From Candidatus Omnitrophota bacterium (lineage in GTDB: Bacteria > Omnitrophota > Gorgyraeia > Pluralincolimonadales > Pluralincolimonadaceae), in assembly GCA_041651455.1 (NCBI GenBank), contig JBAZJG010000007.1:2478-66477 (forward strand): 64,000 nucleotides of DNA, written 5' to 3'. The translations under genes were made by a program, and so were the position numbers. The notes under the pieces were generated by a model. It was given only the letters and a program-made list of their open reading frames with translations, was not told the origin of the DNA and did no database searches. Positions 26,112 through 35,090 of this stretch are shown here, in pieces (the stretch's first letter is position 1; every line of letters begins with the position of its first letter).

Positions 26112-26666
26112 TCAGCGCAGATGCTCCAAAAGTATTTTTATTCCTATCGCGATCAATATAAGGCCGCCGGCGGCCTCGAGCTTCTTCTCGAAGAAATGCC
26201 CGGCGGTATTGCCTATCATCACACCGAGGAACGAAAGCGAAAACGTGACCGCCCCTATAACGACCACGGGGAGGATTATCGGGACCTGCAGGAAAGCGAA
26301 ACTAAGGCCCGCAGCGAGAGCGTCGATGCTTGTAGCTACCGACAGGACGAGCATCTGCCTGTGGCCGAACGACGGCAGCTTCTCCTCATCGCCTATCTTC
26401 CATGATTCGTATATCATCTTGCCGCCTATGAAGGCGAGCAGCCCGAACGCGACCCAATGGTCTATGCCGGTTATGAAACCCTTCAGACGGAAACCTACAG
26501 CCCAGCCGATGACCGGCATCGCCATCTGGAAGGAACCGAAATACGTCCCGAATTTCAAGGCACTCTTAAGCTTATGCCGCCTTATCGCCACTCCGCCCGC
26601 TACCGATACCGCGAACGCGTCCATAGCCAGCCCCAAGGCGATAAAAAGGACCGCTGATGCGCTCAT
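26112..26666 (-). CDS. mntP: Manganese efflux pump MntP (DUF204)
   Basis: The 184-aa product has six TM helices with duplicated MDAFAVS / IDALAAG motifs. Confidence 0.8.
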   Translation of the reverse strand: MSASAVLFIALGLAMDAFAVSVAGGVAIRRHKLKSALKFGTYFGSFQMAMPVIGWAVGFRLKGFITGIDHWVAFGLLAFIGGKMIYESWKIGDEEKLPSFGHRQMLVLSVATSIDALAAGLSFAFLQVPIILPVVVIGAVTFSLSFLGVMIGNTAGHFFEKKLEAAGGLILIAIGIKILLEHLR

Positions 26667-26669
26667 GTG

Positions 26670-27113
26670 TTATTCGCCGACCTGTATGCCGGCCTTATCG
26701 CTTATCGCGGCAATACTGAGGCGGGTCACTTTCAGTTCGGTAAGAAGATCAAGAACGCTGACTATCTGCTTGAAACGGACGGCTTTATCGGCCCTGAGGA
26801 TAACTGCGGCTTTCGGGTTCGCCTTATGCTTTGCTGCCAGCTTTTCCTTCAATCCGGTTGATGTCACTTTGTCCTTGTCGAGGTATATGGCGCCGTCCCC
26901 GGTTATCGAGATGTTTATCTGGTTCTTCTCCTCGATAGGGACTATATTATCGGCTTCGGGAAGTTTTACGTCGAGTTTTTGTATACGCTGCGGGCTGAAC
27001 GTGTAGAGCAGGCTGAACGAAATGAAAAAGAAGATGAACATGTTCATGATTATATCGGTCATGGCCACGTTCTCTAGGGTGAAGAGATATCCCTTCCTTC
27101 CCTGTATCTTCAA
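26670..27113 (-). CDS. exbD: ExbD/TolR biopolymer transport protein
   Basis: The product has a single N-terminal TM helix (DIIMNMFIFFFISFSLL) and a periplasmic domain with ISITGDGAIYLDKDKV. Its start overlaps the ExbB stop. Confidence 0.7.
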   Translation of the reverse strand: MKIQGRKGYLFTLENVAMTDIIMNMFIFFFISFSLLYTFSPQRIQKLDVKLPEADNIVPIEEKNQINISITGDGAIYLDKDKVTSTGLKEKLAAKHKANPKAAVILRADKAVRFKQIVSVLDLLTELKVTRLSIAAISDKAGIQVGE

Positions 27114-27736
27114 AGATTCCCCGCCTCCTTCAGCTCAACGATGAGTTCCATGAACTGGACCGAGTGGTTATTCAGCTCGTTGGACATATATTTGATGCGG
27201 CTTATGAAATAGTTATAGCAAAGGAAGAGCGGGATCGCTATCGCGAGGCCGGCGGCGGTGGTTATCATCGCCTGGTAGATGCCCGACGCGAGCGCGTTGA
27301 CGGTTATATTCGCGCCGGCATGCTCCCATGCCATGAACGCTTTTATGAGGCCCGTTATCGTGCCAAGGAAACCGAGAAGCGGCTCGATGCTTATTATGGA
27401 GGCGAGCGCGCCGAGGTATTTCTCTATCTTCATTATCTGGTTGTTCCCGACCTGCTCCATGACCTTCTCGAGGCGCTGCGGCGCGAGATACCTGCGCTCG
27501 ATGCCGACCTTGAAGACGGCGGCTATCGGGTATTTGATGTTCTCATCGCAGAGGTCGAGCGCCATCTGTATCCTGTTCGCCTTCAGGCAATGGAATACCT
27601 CCTGGATGAAGCCGAACGAATCCATCTTCAGGTTCCTCAGCTCGAGGAATTTTTCGACTACTATCGCGAATCCCACGACGGAGCCGAGTATGATCGGCGC
27701 CATTACGGGGCCGCCCTTAATTATTATATCTAGCAT
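27110..27736 (-). CDS. exbB: ExbB/TolQ/MotA proton-channel protein
   Basis: The 208-aa product has three TM helices and the conserved C-terminal GLLGTITGLIKAF...AGLAIAIP motif. Confidence 0.8.
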   Translation of the reverse strand: MLDIIIKGGPVMAPIILGSVVGFAIVVEKFLELRNLKMDSFGFIQEVFHCLKANRIQMALDLCDENIKYPIAAVFKVGIERRYLAPQRLEKVMEQVGNNQIMKIEKYLGALASIISIEPLLGFLGTITGLIKAFMAWEHAGANITVNALASGIYQAMITTAAGLAIAIPLFLCYNYFISRIKYMSNELNNHSVQFMELIVELKEAGNL

Positions 27737-27808
27737 GACTGCTCCTTGAAGGTTTTATGAAGGATTTAAGGAAGTGATTTTATCACTATCCGCTTTCTTT
27801 ATCAACCG

Positions 27809-28183
27809 TTATTTTTTTGCCAGGAGCTCCTCAACCGTCTTAACGAGTTCCGGCGGTTCGAAAGGTTTCATGACATACGCGTCGGCGCCGACCTCGAGTC
27901 CGAGTTTCTTGTCGAGGTCGCCGCCCTTGGCAGTAAACATGATTATCGGGATATCCTTGTACCTCGTGTCCTTCTTCAGGAACGCGCATACCTTGTACCC
28001 GTCCATCTTCGGGAGCATCAGGTCGAGTATAACAAGGTCGGGTTTCTCGCTATGCGCCTTCTCGAGTCCTTCCATGCCGTCGGACGCCGTGACTACTTCG
28101 TAACCGCTCGCCTGCAGGCGAAAACCTACAGTCCTCAGTACATCCTCTTCATCATCAACAAGTAATATCTTTTTCTTGTCCAT
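27809..28183 (-). CDS. Single-domain response regulator (CheY-like receiver)
   Basis: Receiver-domain signatures LLVDDE, LVILDLMLPKMDG and a conserved Lys in MFTAKG are present. Confidence 0.85.
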   Translation of the reverse strand: MDKKKILLVDDEEDVLRTVGFRLQASGYEVVTASDGMEGLEKAHSEKPDLVILDLMLPKMDGYKVCAFLKKDTRYKDIPIIMFTAKGGDLDKKLGLEVGADAYVMKPFEPPELVKTVEELLAKK

Positions 28184-28584
28184 TATTTAGGGCCTCCAGC
28201 CCCGTCCTTCTCTTTTCCGGGACCACCCAGAAACTTTTCGATGACCGCGTTAAGATGCTCCCTCTCGAACGGCTTGACCAGGAAGCCGTCCGCTCCCGCT
28301 TTCCCGGCCTGTTCGTTTATTTCGTTCGTGCTGGCCGTGAAAAGTATTATCGGTATATCTTTCGTATTATCGTCGGATTTCACTTTCCTGCAGACCTCTA
28401 TACCGTCCATGACAGGCAGCCGCAGATCCAGCAATACCAGATCAGGGCGTTCCTTCCCTATCATATCGATCGCATCCTGCCCGTTCCCGCCTATGATCAC
28501 ATTATAACCCATGCTTTTAAGCCTGAACATCGTGACCTTTACGAGATCCTCTTCATCATCCACTATAAGTATGGTCTTCGTCAT
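28183..28584 (-). CDS. Single-domain response regulator (CheY-like receiver)
   Basis: Receiver-domain signatures ILIVDDEED, LVLLDLRLPVMDG and LFTAS are present. Confidence 0.85.
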   Translation of the reverse strand: MTKTILIVDDEEDLVKVTMFRLKSMGYNVIIGGNGQDAIDMIGKERPDLVLLDLRLPVMDGIEVCRKVKSDDNTKDIPIILFTASTNEINEQAGKAGADGFLVKPFEREHLNAVIEKFLGGPGKEKDGAGGPK

Positions 28585-31357
28585 AAGATTCCTTCCTTTC
28601 GGCTATCGGCAGTGTGAAGATGAAGCTTGCACCTTGCCCGTATGCGGACTCGGCCCAGATCTTTCCGCCGTGCCTCTCGACTATCTCTTTCGAGATAGCG
28701 AGGCCGAGGCCCGTTCCGCCGGTCTTTCGCTCGGTACCTTTCTCCAGTTGTTCGAAACGGCGGAATAGCCTGGGCAGGTCTTCCTCGTGTATGCCCGGAC
28801 CGCTGTCCTTGACCGTTACGCGTACCATACCATCCTTTATCTCCGTGATCACCGTAATCCTTCCTTTATCCGTGAACTTCACGGCATTGTTAACGAGATT
28901 CGTGAGGACCTGCGTTATCTTATCCCTGTCGAAGGATATCGCGGGCAGGGCTCCGGAAAGGTCCAGCACTATTTCAAGCGCCTTATCCTTCACCATCGTT
29001 ATCATTGTATCATATACCTCGCGCACCACCCCGTTAATGTCGCCCGGAGCAAGGCTGAACGTCATCTTCCCTGATTCCAGCTTCTGCAGGTCTAATACGT
29101 CGTTAATCAGCCTTGCCAGCCTGTCCACGTTGCGTTTCGCGATATTCAGGAACTCTTTCTGGTCCTTGTTCAATTCTCCGGTGGTGCCGTCTATGACGAG
29201 CGAGATGCCCTCCTTAATGGCGGTAAGCGGGGTCCTTAGCTCATGAGAGACCATTGACGTAAAGTCCGCTTTGATCCTTAAGGCGGATTCGAGGTCCCTT
29301 GAATATTTTTCGACCTTCTCTTTCTCTTCCTGTATATCCTCCAGGAGGTTTAAGCTGGCAGCCTGCGCGTCGGACAGGTCTTTCGTCCTGTCCCCGACCC
29401 TCTTCTCCAGCTGTTTAGACAATACTTCAAGCTCGTCTTTAGCCGTTATAAGCGCGTCCCGCCTGACCTTAATGGCGGATATCATATCCCTGAAGGTTTC
29501 GGCGAATTGTTCTATCTCGTCGCCTGTATTGGCCTCTATCCTGTAATCCCAGTCGCCTTCCATGACCTTTTCCGTGGCTACATGCAGTTCATTAATCGGT
29601 TTCGCGAATATGCCGCCCAGGTAATAGCCGGCAGGTATTATTATGGCTATCATGCACGACCAGACTATGACAAGTATAAAAAGGAATTTGTTTACGGGGG
29701 CAAAGGCCTCCATCTCATCCTGCTCAATCAGTATTTTCCACGATACGTCCTTCATTGAGAACAGCGATGCCGGTATATCGGCACAGACAACGAAGATCTT
29801 ACCCTCGTGTGGAGTCAGGTCGTCTCCGACGAAATACGGGGCCTTTCGGCTGTTGATGGCCTCAAGACAATCCCCGCCGCAGATCTTCATCGTCATCGGT
29901 TCGACGCCATAATGGAATATGATATCGCCTTTATTGTTTATGATCGCCGCGTGCCCTGTCCTGCCGATCCTGAAATCCTGCAGGGGATTAAAGAACACGC
30001 CGGCCTCCAGGAATGCCTTGCATATGCCTATGATATTGCCGCTGCCGTCGCGTATCGGCACAGCCAACGCTATGCCCCACAATTTCGAGGATTGGTCGAA
30101 CTCAATATCACCGACATAATCCGCGCCGTTGCCGCCGTTATACGCGTACTGCCACCAATCCTCATCGGCCTGGTAAAAATCGCTCGTTTTTCTCGAGGAG
30201 GCCACAATCCCTCCGAACCGGTCGGTGACAAACACCTCTCCCATATATCCCTCGTCCTCCGACAGCGTTTTTAACCTTACTGCGACATAATTATCAAGAT
30301 ACTCTTTAAGCAAAGGATCGTCATCTTTCAGCCCCGGCCATTTTCTTTCCATGTCATCGTAAAATGCTTCCCTGGATGCCGGTGTTTTTGCGTCCAGCTT
30401 GTCATCTGCATCCAGTATTTGCTTTTTCCACAGGGGGCTGTTTGAATACGATTCTACATGCTGGATCTCCTGCTTTATTGAATCGGCTACATACACGGCA
30501 AGAAGCTGCGCCATCTTGCCGTAATCCTTGCCTATCATCGAGTGCGTATAATCATAACCCAGGTAGAACCACAGCCCCACGCCAAAGGTAGCTATTGCGA
30601 ACGTGCTCCAGAATATTAAAAGCGTGACGCGCCTTCGTATGCCGCCGACCCTGCGGGTCTTGCCGCCGCTATATTTGACGACCCCGAATATGCCGAAGAA
30701 ACAGGCCGAAAGCGTTATGGCGACGAGAACCCGGAAAAACTGGACCGGTATACCGGTAACCTTTATGAAATTGGGGTAATTCAGGACTTGCGAAAATAGG
30801 AAATCGGACTTAGGCACTACGATCCCCGCCAGCAATCCGTACATCAGGAATGAGGCGGACGCACCCAAGGCGCTTATGCGGATCACGCGCGGTAGCTCGG
30901 GAACGCCCTTTTTCGAGGCCTTCAAATAAATAGCCGCGGCCGTAAGTACCGTGCCGGGGATCCCTATGAAATACCTTGTGATGACCGTTATGACCGTAAG
31001 GTCTTTTACGGCCAGATAGAGGGGTATCCACGCTATTACGATCAGGTACGGCAACGCATAAAGGAACTTTAACCGGGGTATTGTGCGTGCGATGACACGG
31101 CAGCCGAAGAAGACCAGGCAAAGGAACGAGACGGGCAGCAGGATGCTTCCTATGACAACCAGCATCCTCGTATCGAAGGGCCTGCCGATCAATATGAGCA
31201 TATCGACCCATTCGTTAATCCCGTGGACCAGGCCGAACAACCCTATCAGCCAGACCTCCCTGGATATGTCAAGGAATCCTGTCTTTTCCCTTGCAGTGAA
31301 TACGACTATGCCAAGGATAATGAATGCCAGCCCATAGACAAAAAATATCGTCAGCAC
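28556..31357 (-). CDS. Sensor histidine kinase with N-terminal multi-TM domain, periplasmic Cache-like domain, HAMP, HisKA and HATPase_c domains
   Basis: About seven N-terminal TM helices precede an extracytoplasmic domain and a second TM helix. The H-box is SMVSHELRTPLTAIKEG, and the ATPase N/G boxes are VKFTDKG...DSGPGI...GGTGLGLAISKEIV. Confidence 0.85.
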   Translation of the reverse strand: MLTIFFVYGLAFIILGIVVFTAREKTGFLDISREVWLIGLFGLVHGINEWVDMLILIGRPFDTRMLVVIGSILLPVSFLCLVFFGCRVIARTIPRLKFLYALPYLIVIAWIPLYLAVKDLTVITVITRYFIGIPGTVLTAAAIYLKASKKGVPELPRVIRISALGASASFLMYGLLAGIVVPKSDFLFSQVLNYPNFIKVTGIPVQFFRVLVAITLSACFFGIFGVVKYSGGKTRRVGGIRRRVTLLIFWSTFAIATFGVGLWFYLGYDYTHSMIGKDYGKMAQLLAVYVADSIKQEIQHVESYSNSPLWKKQILDADDKLDAKTPASREAFYDDMERKWPGLKDDDPLLKEYLDNYVAVRLKTLSEDEGYMGEVFVTDRFGGIVASSRKTSDFYQADEDWWQYAYNGGNGADYVGDIEFDQSSKLWGIALAVPIRDGSGNIIGICKAFLEAGVFFNPLQDFRIGRTGHAAIINNKGDIIFHYGVEPMTMKICGGDCLEAINSRKAPYFVGDDLTPHEGKIFVVCADIPASLFSMKDVSWKILIEQDEMEAFAPVNKFLFILVIVWSCMIAIIIPAGYYLGGIFAKPINELHVATEKVMEGDWDYRIEANTGDEIEQFAETFRDMISAIKVRRDALITAKDELEVLSKQLEKRVGDRTKDLSDAQAASLNLLEDIQEEKEKVEKYSRDLESALRIKADFTSMVSHELRTPLTAIKEGISLVIDGTTGELNKDQKEFLNIAKRNVDRLARLINDVLDLQKLESGKMTFSLAPGDINGVVREVYDTMITMVKDKALEIVLDLSGALPAISFDRDKITQVLTNLVNNAVKFTDKGRITVITEIKDGMVRVTVKDSGPGIHEEDLPRLFRRFEQLEKGTERKTGGTGLGLAISKEIVERHGGKIWAESAYGQGASFIFTLPIAERKESYDEDHTYSG

Positions 31358-32809
31358 TTAAGGTTTCGCCTCCCTGAGCTTCTCTTCGAGCGCCGCGATA
31401 TTCTTCTTAAGCTCGATCATCTTGAGCTCCCTTCCTACCGCCAGATTATTGAACTTCTCGAGCTCGCCCATCCTTTTCTGGAGTTCGGCTTCAGCGCCGG
31501 CGGTCTGGAGCACCCTGACGATGACATTACTGACGCCTTCCAGGAGCACGTATTCATCGGGAGATATCTTGTTCTTCGAGAAAAGGGCCATGACACCTAT
31601 GGTCTCGCCGTGCGGGGGGCGCAGCCTGAAGCCCGCAAACGATACAAGCCCAAGCTCCCTGGCCCACTCATGGTCATGTATATGCGGATCATTAACTACA
31701 TCATTCGTAAGGAATGACGGATACTCCCCGGATGCTATGCCTCCTATCTTATAGCTTCCTAAAGGCACGCGCCTGTGCCCTCCGTCGGTATGCGTATACC
31801 GCCCGGAACTCGCCACAAGATGCAGGCAGCTGCCACGGTTGCGGCACATATGAGGCCCTTCGGTTACGGCCGCATGGGGGCATCCCGAACCGCACAGGTC
31901 ACCCTTTTCTATTATCCATATACGGGAAAAATCGGCATCGAATATATCTATTATTCCGCCGGTTATCACCTTCATCTTGCTTTCGAGAGTGCCGGGATCA
32001 AGCAGGGTGGCCTGCATCTGGTTAAGTTTGCGTATTATAATCTCCAGCTTTTTCCGCTCGGTTATATCCTCCATCAAGCCGTCAAAAAATATTTCCCCGC
32101 TCCAGTTTTTCTTCATGACCGTCGTAAGCGACGCTATGAACTTCCTTCCCTTAAGGGTCTTCAGCTCTAGCTCCTCGCCCTTAAGGAAGCCCGATTTCAG
32201 TATCTTATCGCTGAACTCGACCCTCTTAGAAGGGTCTGCGTAGAGCTCATTAATGTTGTGTTTGAGCAGCTCCTCCTTTGAACCGGCCTCGAACATTTCC
32301 ACTATCGTATCGTTGACCTCCAGGAAGCGCCCTTGGGGACCGGGAGTATTGCGGTAGATTCCGACTTTTATATTGTTGATAAGCTCGACGTACTTGCGCT
32401 GCGAATCCCTTAGGTCGTCCTCTATCTTCTTCTGTGCGCTTATATCCCAGAACACGCCTAATATGCCGATGATCTTCCCCGCTCCGTCCCCTACCGGGGA
32501 TTTGAAGGTGCGGACGACCGTCTTTTTGCCGTCTTTAACGTACGCCTCTTCCAGATCAACGGACCTTCCCGATTCCATGAGATCCCTGTCGTCTTCCCTG
32601 TATTTATCGGCCAGTTCTTTCGAGTAGAAATCATAATCGGTCTTTCCGGTTATCTCTTCCGGGGATATTCCGAGATCCTGCGCATAGCTCCTGCTGCATG
32701 TTACATATACCGAATTCCTGTCCTTATAGAATACCTTCTGCGGTATGCTGTCGAATATGGCTTTGTAAACGTTCTCGGGATTCTCCACGCTCGCCGCCTT
32801 CTTATTCAA
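31358..32809 (-). CDS. Cytoplasmic PAS-PAS-GAF sensor protein with a C-terminal coiled coil and no recognisable output domain
   Basis: Two PAS-like segments are present (IFDSIPQKVFYKD...; IVEMFEAGSKEELLKH...). The GAF-like region contains the Cys/His-rich insert GDLCGSGCPHAAVTEGPHMCRNRGSCLH and HIHDHEW. The C-terminus (ELEKFNNLAVGRELKMIELKKNIAALEEKLRE) is a coiled coil. Confidence 0.7.
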   Translation of the reverse strand: MNKKAASVENPENVYKAIFDSIPQKVFYKDRNSVYVTCSRSYAQDLGISPEEITGKTDYDFYSKELADKYREDDRDLMESGRSVDLEEAYVKDGKKTVVRTFKSPVGDGAGKIIGILGVFWDISAQKKIEDDLRDSQRKYVELINNIKVGIYRNTPGPQGRFLEVNDTIVEMFEAGSKEELLKHNINELYADPSKRVEFSDKILKSGFLKGEELELKTLKGRKFIASLTTVMKKNWSGEIFFDGLMEDITERKKLEIIIRKLNQMQATLLDPGTLESKMKVITGGIIDIFDADFSRIWIIEKGDLCGSGCPHAAVTEGPHMCRNRGSCLHLVASSGRYTHTDGGHRRVPLGSYKIGGIASGEYPSFLTNDVVNDPHIHDHEWARELGLVSFAGFRLRPPHGETIGVMALFSKNKISPDEYVLLEGVSNVIVRVLQTAGAEAELQKRMGELEKFNNLAVGRELKMIELKKNIAALEEKLREAKP

Positions 32810-33203
32810 CCTCGATTTTCCTGGAATTCTCCCATACTCCGTGGATATTGCAGTAGCTTACTGCAAGGATAGTGCCGGGCTTGTCGGTCCGGAAGGTGAA
32901 CTGGGCTTCGGAATTCGTATAGACGGTGCTCGTATCAGGGCCCTGCATGGATGCCCCGTGCGCCGTAAGATCCGCCTGTCCTATCTCATAGGGGAACTTC
33001 TCTGAGTTCGGCAGGAAGAACAGCTTTATCCATGAGATGTGGTGTTCGGTCTTGTTGGGATGCGGGATCTCCTTACCCACCGTCACGGTGACCTTTACCG
33101 GCTCGCCCTTCCTTACCCTGTCCTGGGCCTCTATTACCGGAACGTGCTTCTCCGCCTTCCAATCGGCATCCTGGAGCAGTTCTTTCATGCTGGCCATAGT
33201 CAT
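32802..33203 (-). CDS. sor: Superoxide reductase (neelaredoxin/desulfoferrodoxin ferrous-iron domain, 1Fe-SOR)
   Basis: The EKHVPVIE motif is present, along with the His ligands HPNKTEHHISW and the Cys-His pair SYCNIHGVWE. The 133-aa product overlaps the PAS/GAF gene start by 8 nt. Confidence 0.8.
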   Translation of the reverse strand: MTMASMKELLQDADWKAEKHVPVIEAQDRVRKGEPVKVTVTVGKEIPHPNKTEHHISWIKLFFLPNSEKFPYEIGQADLTAHGASMQGPDTSTVYTNSEAQFTFRTDKPGTILAVSYCNIHGVWENSRKIEVE

Positions 33204-33212
33204 ACCTCCTTT

Positions 33213-34658
33213 TTAGCTGCGCCTCTCCTCATCCAGTATATCTATAAGGGCATCCACTACCTTAGGGTCGAACTGGGTGCCCCTGTTCCTCTTCAGCTCG
33301 TCGATCGCCTGCTGCCTGTTCAGCGGGGGCCTGTATGCCCTTGCGGATGTCATCGCGTCATATGAGTCGGCTACGGTCACTATAGCGGACATCAGCTTGA
33401 TCTTATCCCCCGAAAGGCCGTCCGGATAGCCCTTTCCGTCATAGCGCTCATGGTGGCTCCTGACTATATCCAGCAGCTCGTTCGAAAGCAGTACAGGTTT
33501 AAGGATGTTCTCGCCTATCACGGGATGCTTGCGGATCTCGGTCCATTCGGCTTGGGTCAGCGGCTCCCTCTTGTTCAATATCCTCTCTTCTATACCGAGC
33601 TTACCGATATCGTGGAGCAGCGTAGCCCTCTTAAGGAGGTCGACCTTTTCTTTCGGCAACCCCATCTTTATGGCGATCTTTTCCGCGTATTCGGCGACGC
33701 GCTCGGAATGGCCTTTCGTATAGCTGTCCCTCGCCTCAAGTATCCGGACGAACGACTGGACCACGCGGTAGAAATAGGAAAGCAGGTCTTTCTTGGATTC
33801 ACTGAGACGCGAGGCCATCTGGTTGAACGATTTCGCGAGTTCGCCGACCTCGTCTGCGCCCTCAAGGTCTATCTTGTAGCCCAGGTCCCCGTTAGCGAAA
33901 TGCCTCGAACCTTCAAGGAGTTTAACGAGCTTGCGTGATATCCTTCTTGACAGGAAGATCCCTATAAGCACGGAGAACGCCGCGGCCAGCGCGAGGACGA
34001 GGATCGTACGGTTGCGCGCGATCCCCTGTTTCTTGTATACATCGTCAACCGCGATGTCTACGCCGACTATCGCAACAGGGTCCCCGTCCCTGTTGAAGAC
34101 GGGCGCATATCCGGAGAGAGCGGCTCCCCATTCGTCGATTACGATCTTCCTGTCCGCCGTGGGGCCGTCAAACGCCCTTACCATCTCGGGATACTTCGAC
34201 GCGTCATAGGTGTCCCCGGGCCGCGAGGAGAGGCCGATACTCTGCTGCTCGCTTGTGGGCACCACGGGATCCACGATGAACTTCATTATTTCCTTCTTGC
34301 CGGTGGGAGCAAGCACGTAGATATAATGGAGGTCCGGGTTTTGCCTCATTATCCTTTTCAGCTCCTCCGCCACGAGCCTGTATTCCGCCGTATTGACGCC
34401 GCCGGGATTGAGCGGGATCTTCACAAGCGCGTCGCCGTCTATCCTGACGGCGGCCGACCGCGCAAGCGAGATTAGTCCGCTGCGGGCCGAGTCCATCTCT
34501 GAGTTCAGCAGGTGGCGGTAAAGAAAGAGGTTTGTGGCCGCGACCACAAGGAACATTGCCATTATGAGCAGGATCGCGGTCTTCACCCTGAAACTTAATA
34601 CCGGAAGGATTTGCTTATCAGCCATTACCTTTCCCGAGAAGCTTTTTATTGATATCAA
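33213..34658 (-). CDS. HD-GYP c-di-GMP phosphodiesterase with an N-terminal TM/periplasmic sensor and HAMP domain
   Basis: The HD-GYP signatures HSERVAEYA, LLHDIGK and HHERYDGKGYPDGL are present. There are two TM helices flanking an extracytoplasmic domain of about 170 aa. Confidence 0.85.
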   Translation of the reverse strand: MISIKSFSGKVMADKQILPVLSFRVKTAILLIMAMFLVVAATNLFLYRHLLNSEMDSARSGLISLARSAAVRIDGDALVKIPLNPGGVNTAEYRLVAEELKRIMRQNPDLHYIYVLAPTGKKEIMKFIVDPVVPTSEQQSIGLSSRPGDTYDASKYPEMVRAFDGPTADRKIVIDEWGAALSGYAPVFNRDGDPVAIVGVDIAVDDVYKKQGIARNRTILVLALAAAFSVLIGIFLSRRISRKLVKLLEGSRHFANGDLGYKIDLEGADEVGELAKSFNQMASRLSESKKDLLSYFYRVVQSFVRILEARDSYTKGHSERVAEYAEKIAIKMGLPKEKVDLLKRATLLHDIGKLGIEERILNKREPLTQAEWTEIRKHPVIGENILKPVLLSNELLDIVRSHHERYDGKGYPDGLSGDKIKLMSAIVTVADSYDAMTSARAYRPPLNRQQAIDELKRNRGTQFDPKVVDALIDILDEERRS

Positions 34659-35016
34659 GGGTCGTCTTTAACGCGCTCTGAGAATCCGAATAGACGCTCA
34701 GTTTCGGTATGTACGCGCTTACACGCAGGTCTTCGGTGCCCTTTATCGCCTTCTCCTCGAGATGTGCCGTGAACATCACTACGGGGATCTTTTCTGATAT
34801 CTTGCGGATCTCTTTAAGCGTCTTTACGCCGTCCATCTCGGGCATCATGTAATCGAGAATGACGATATCCGCTTTCCCTGATTTAAGCGCTTCCAGGGCG
34901 TCCTTGCCGTTAGTCACACAGGCCACATCGTAACCCCATCCTTCTATCCTGCGACTCATCAGCGTCAGGAAATCCTGCTCGTCGTCAACGAGCAATATCC
35001 TTATTCTATCGCCCAT
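34618..35016 (-). CDS. Single-domain response regulator (receiver)
   Basis: Receiver signatures ILLVDDEQD, IVILDYMMPEMDG and MFTAH are present. The gene overlaps the HD-GYP gene start. Confidence 0.8.
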   Translation of the reverse strand: MGDRIRILLVDDEQDFLTLMSRRIEGWGYDVACVTNGKDALEALKSGKADIVILDYMMPEMDGVKTLKEIRKISEKIPVVMFTAHLEEKAIKGTEDLRVSAYIPKLSVYSDSQSALKTTLDINKKLLGKGNG

Positions 35017-35090
35017 ATCAGGATCCTCCTTGATTTATTGTATCAAAGAGTAGTAAAATAGGCAAACCAAAAACAGAAAGGGCCCTGCCG

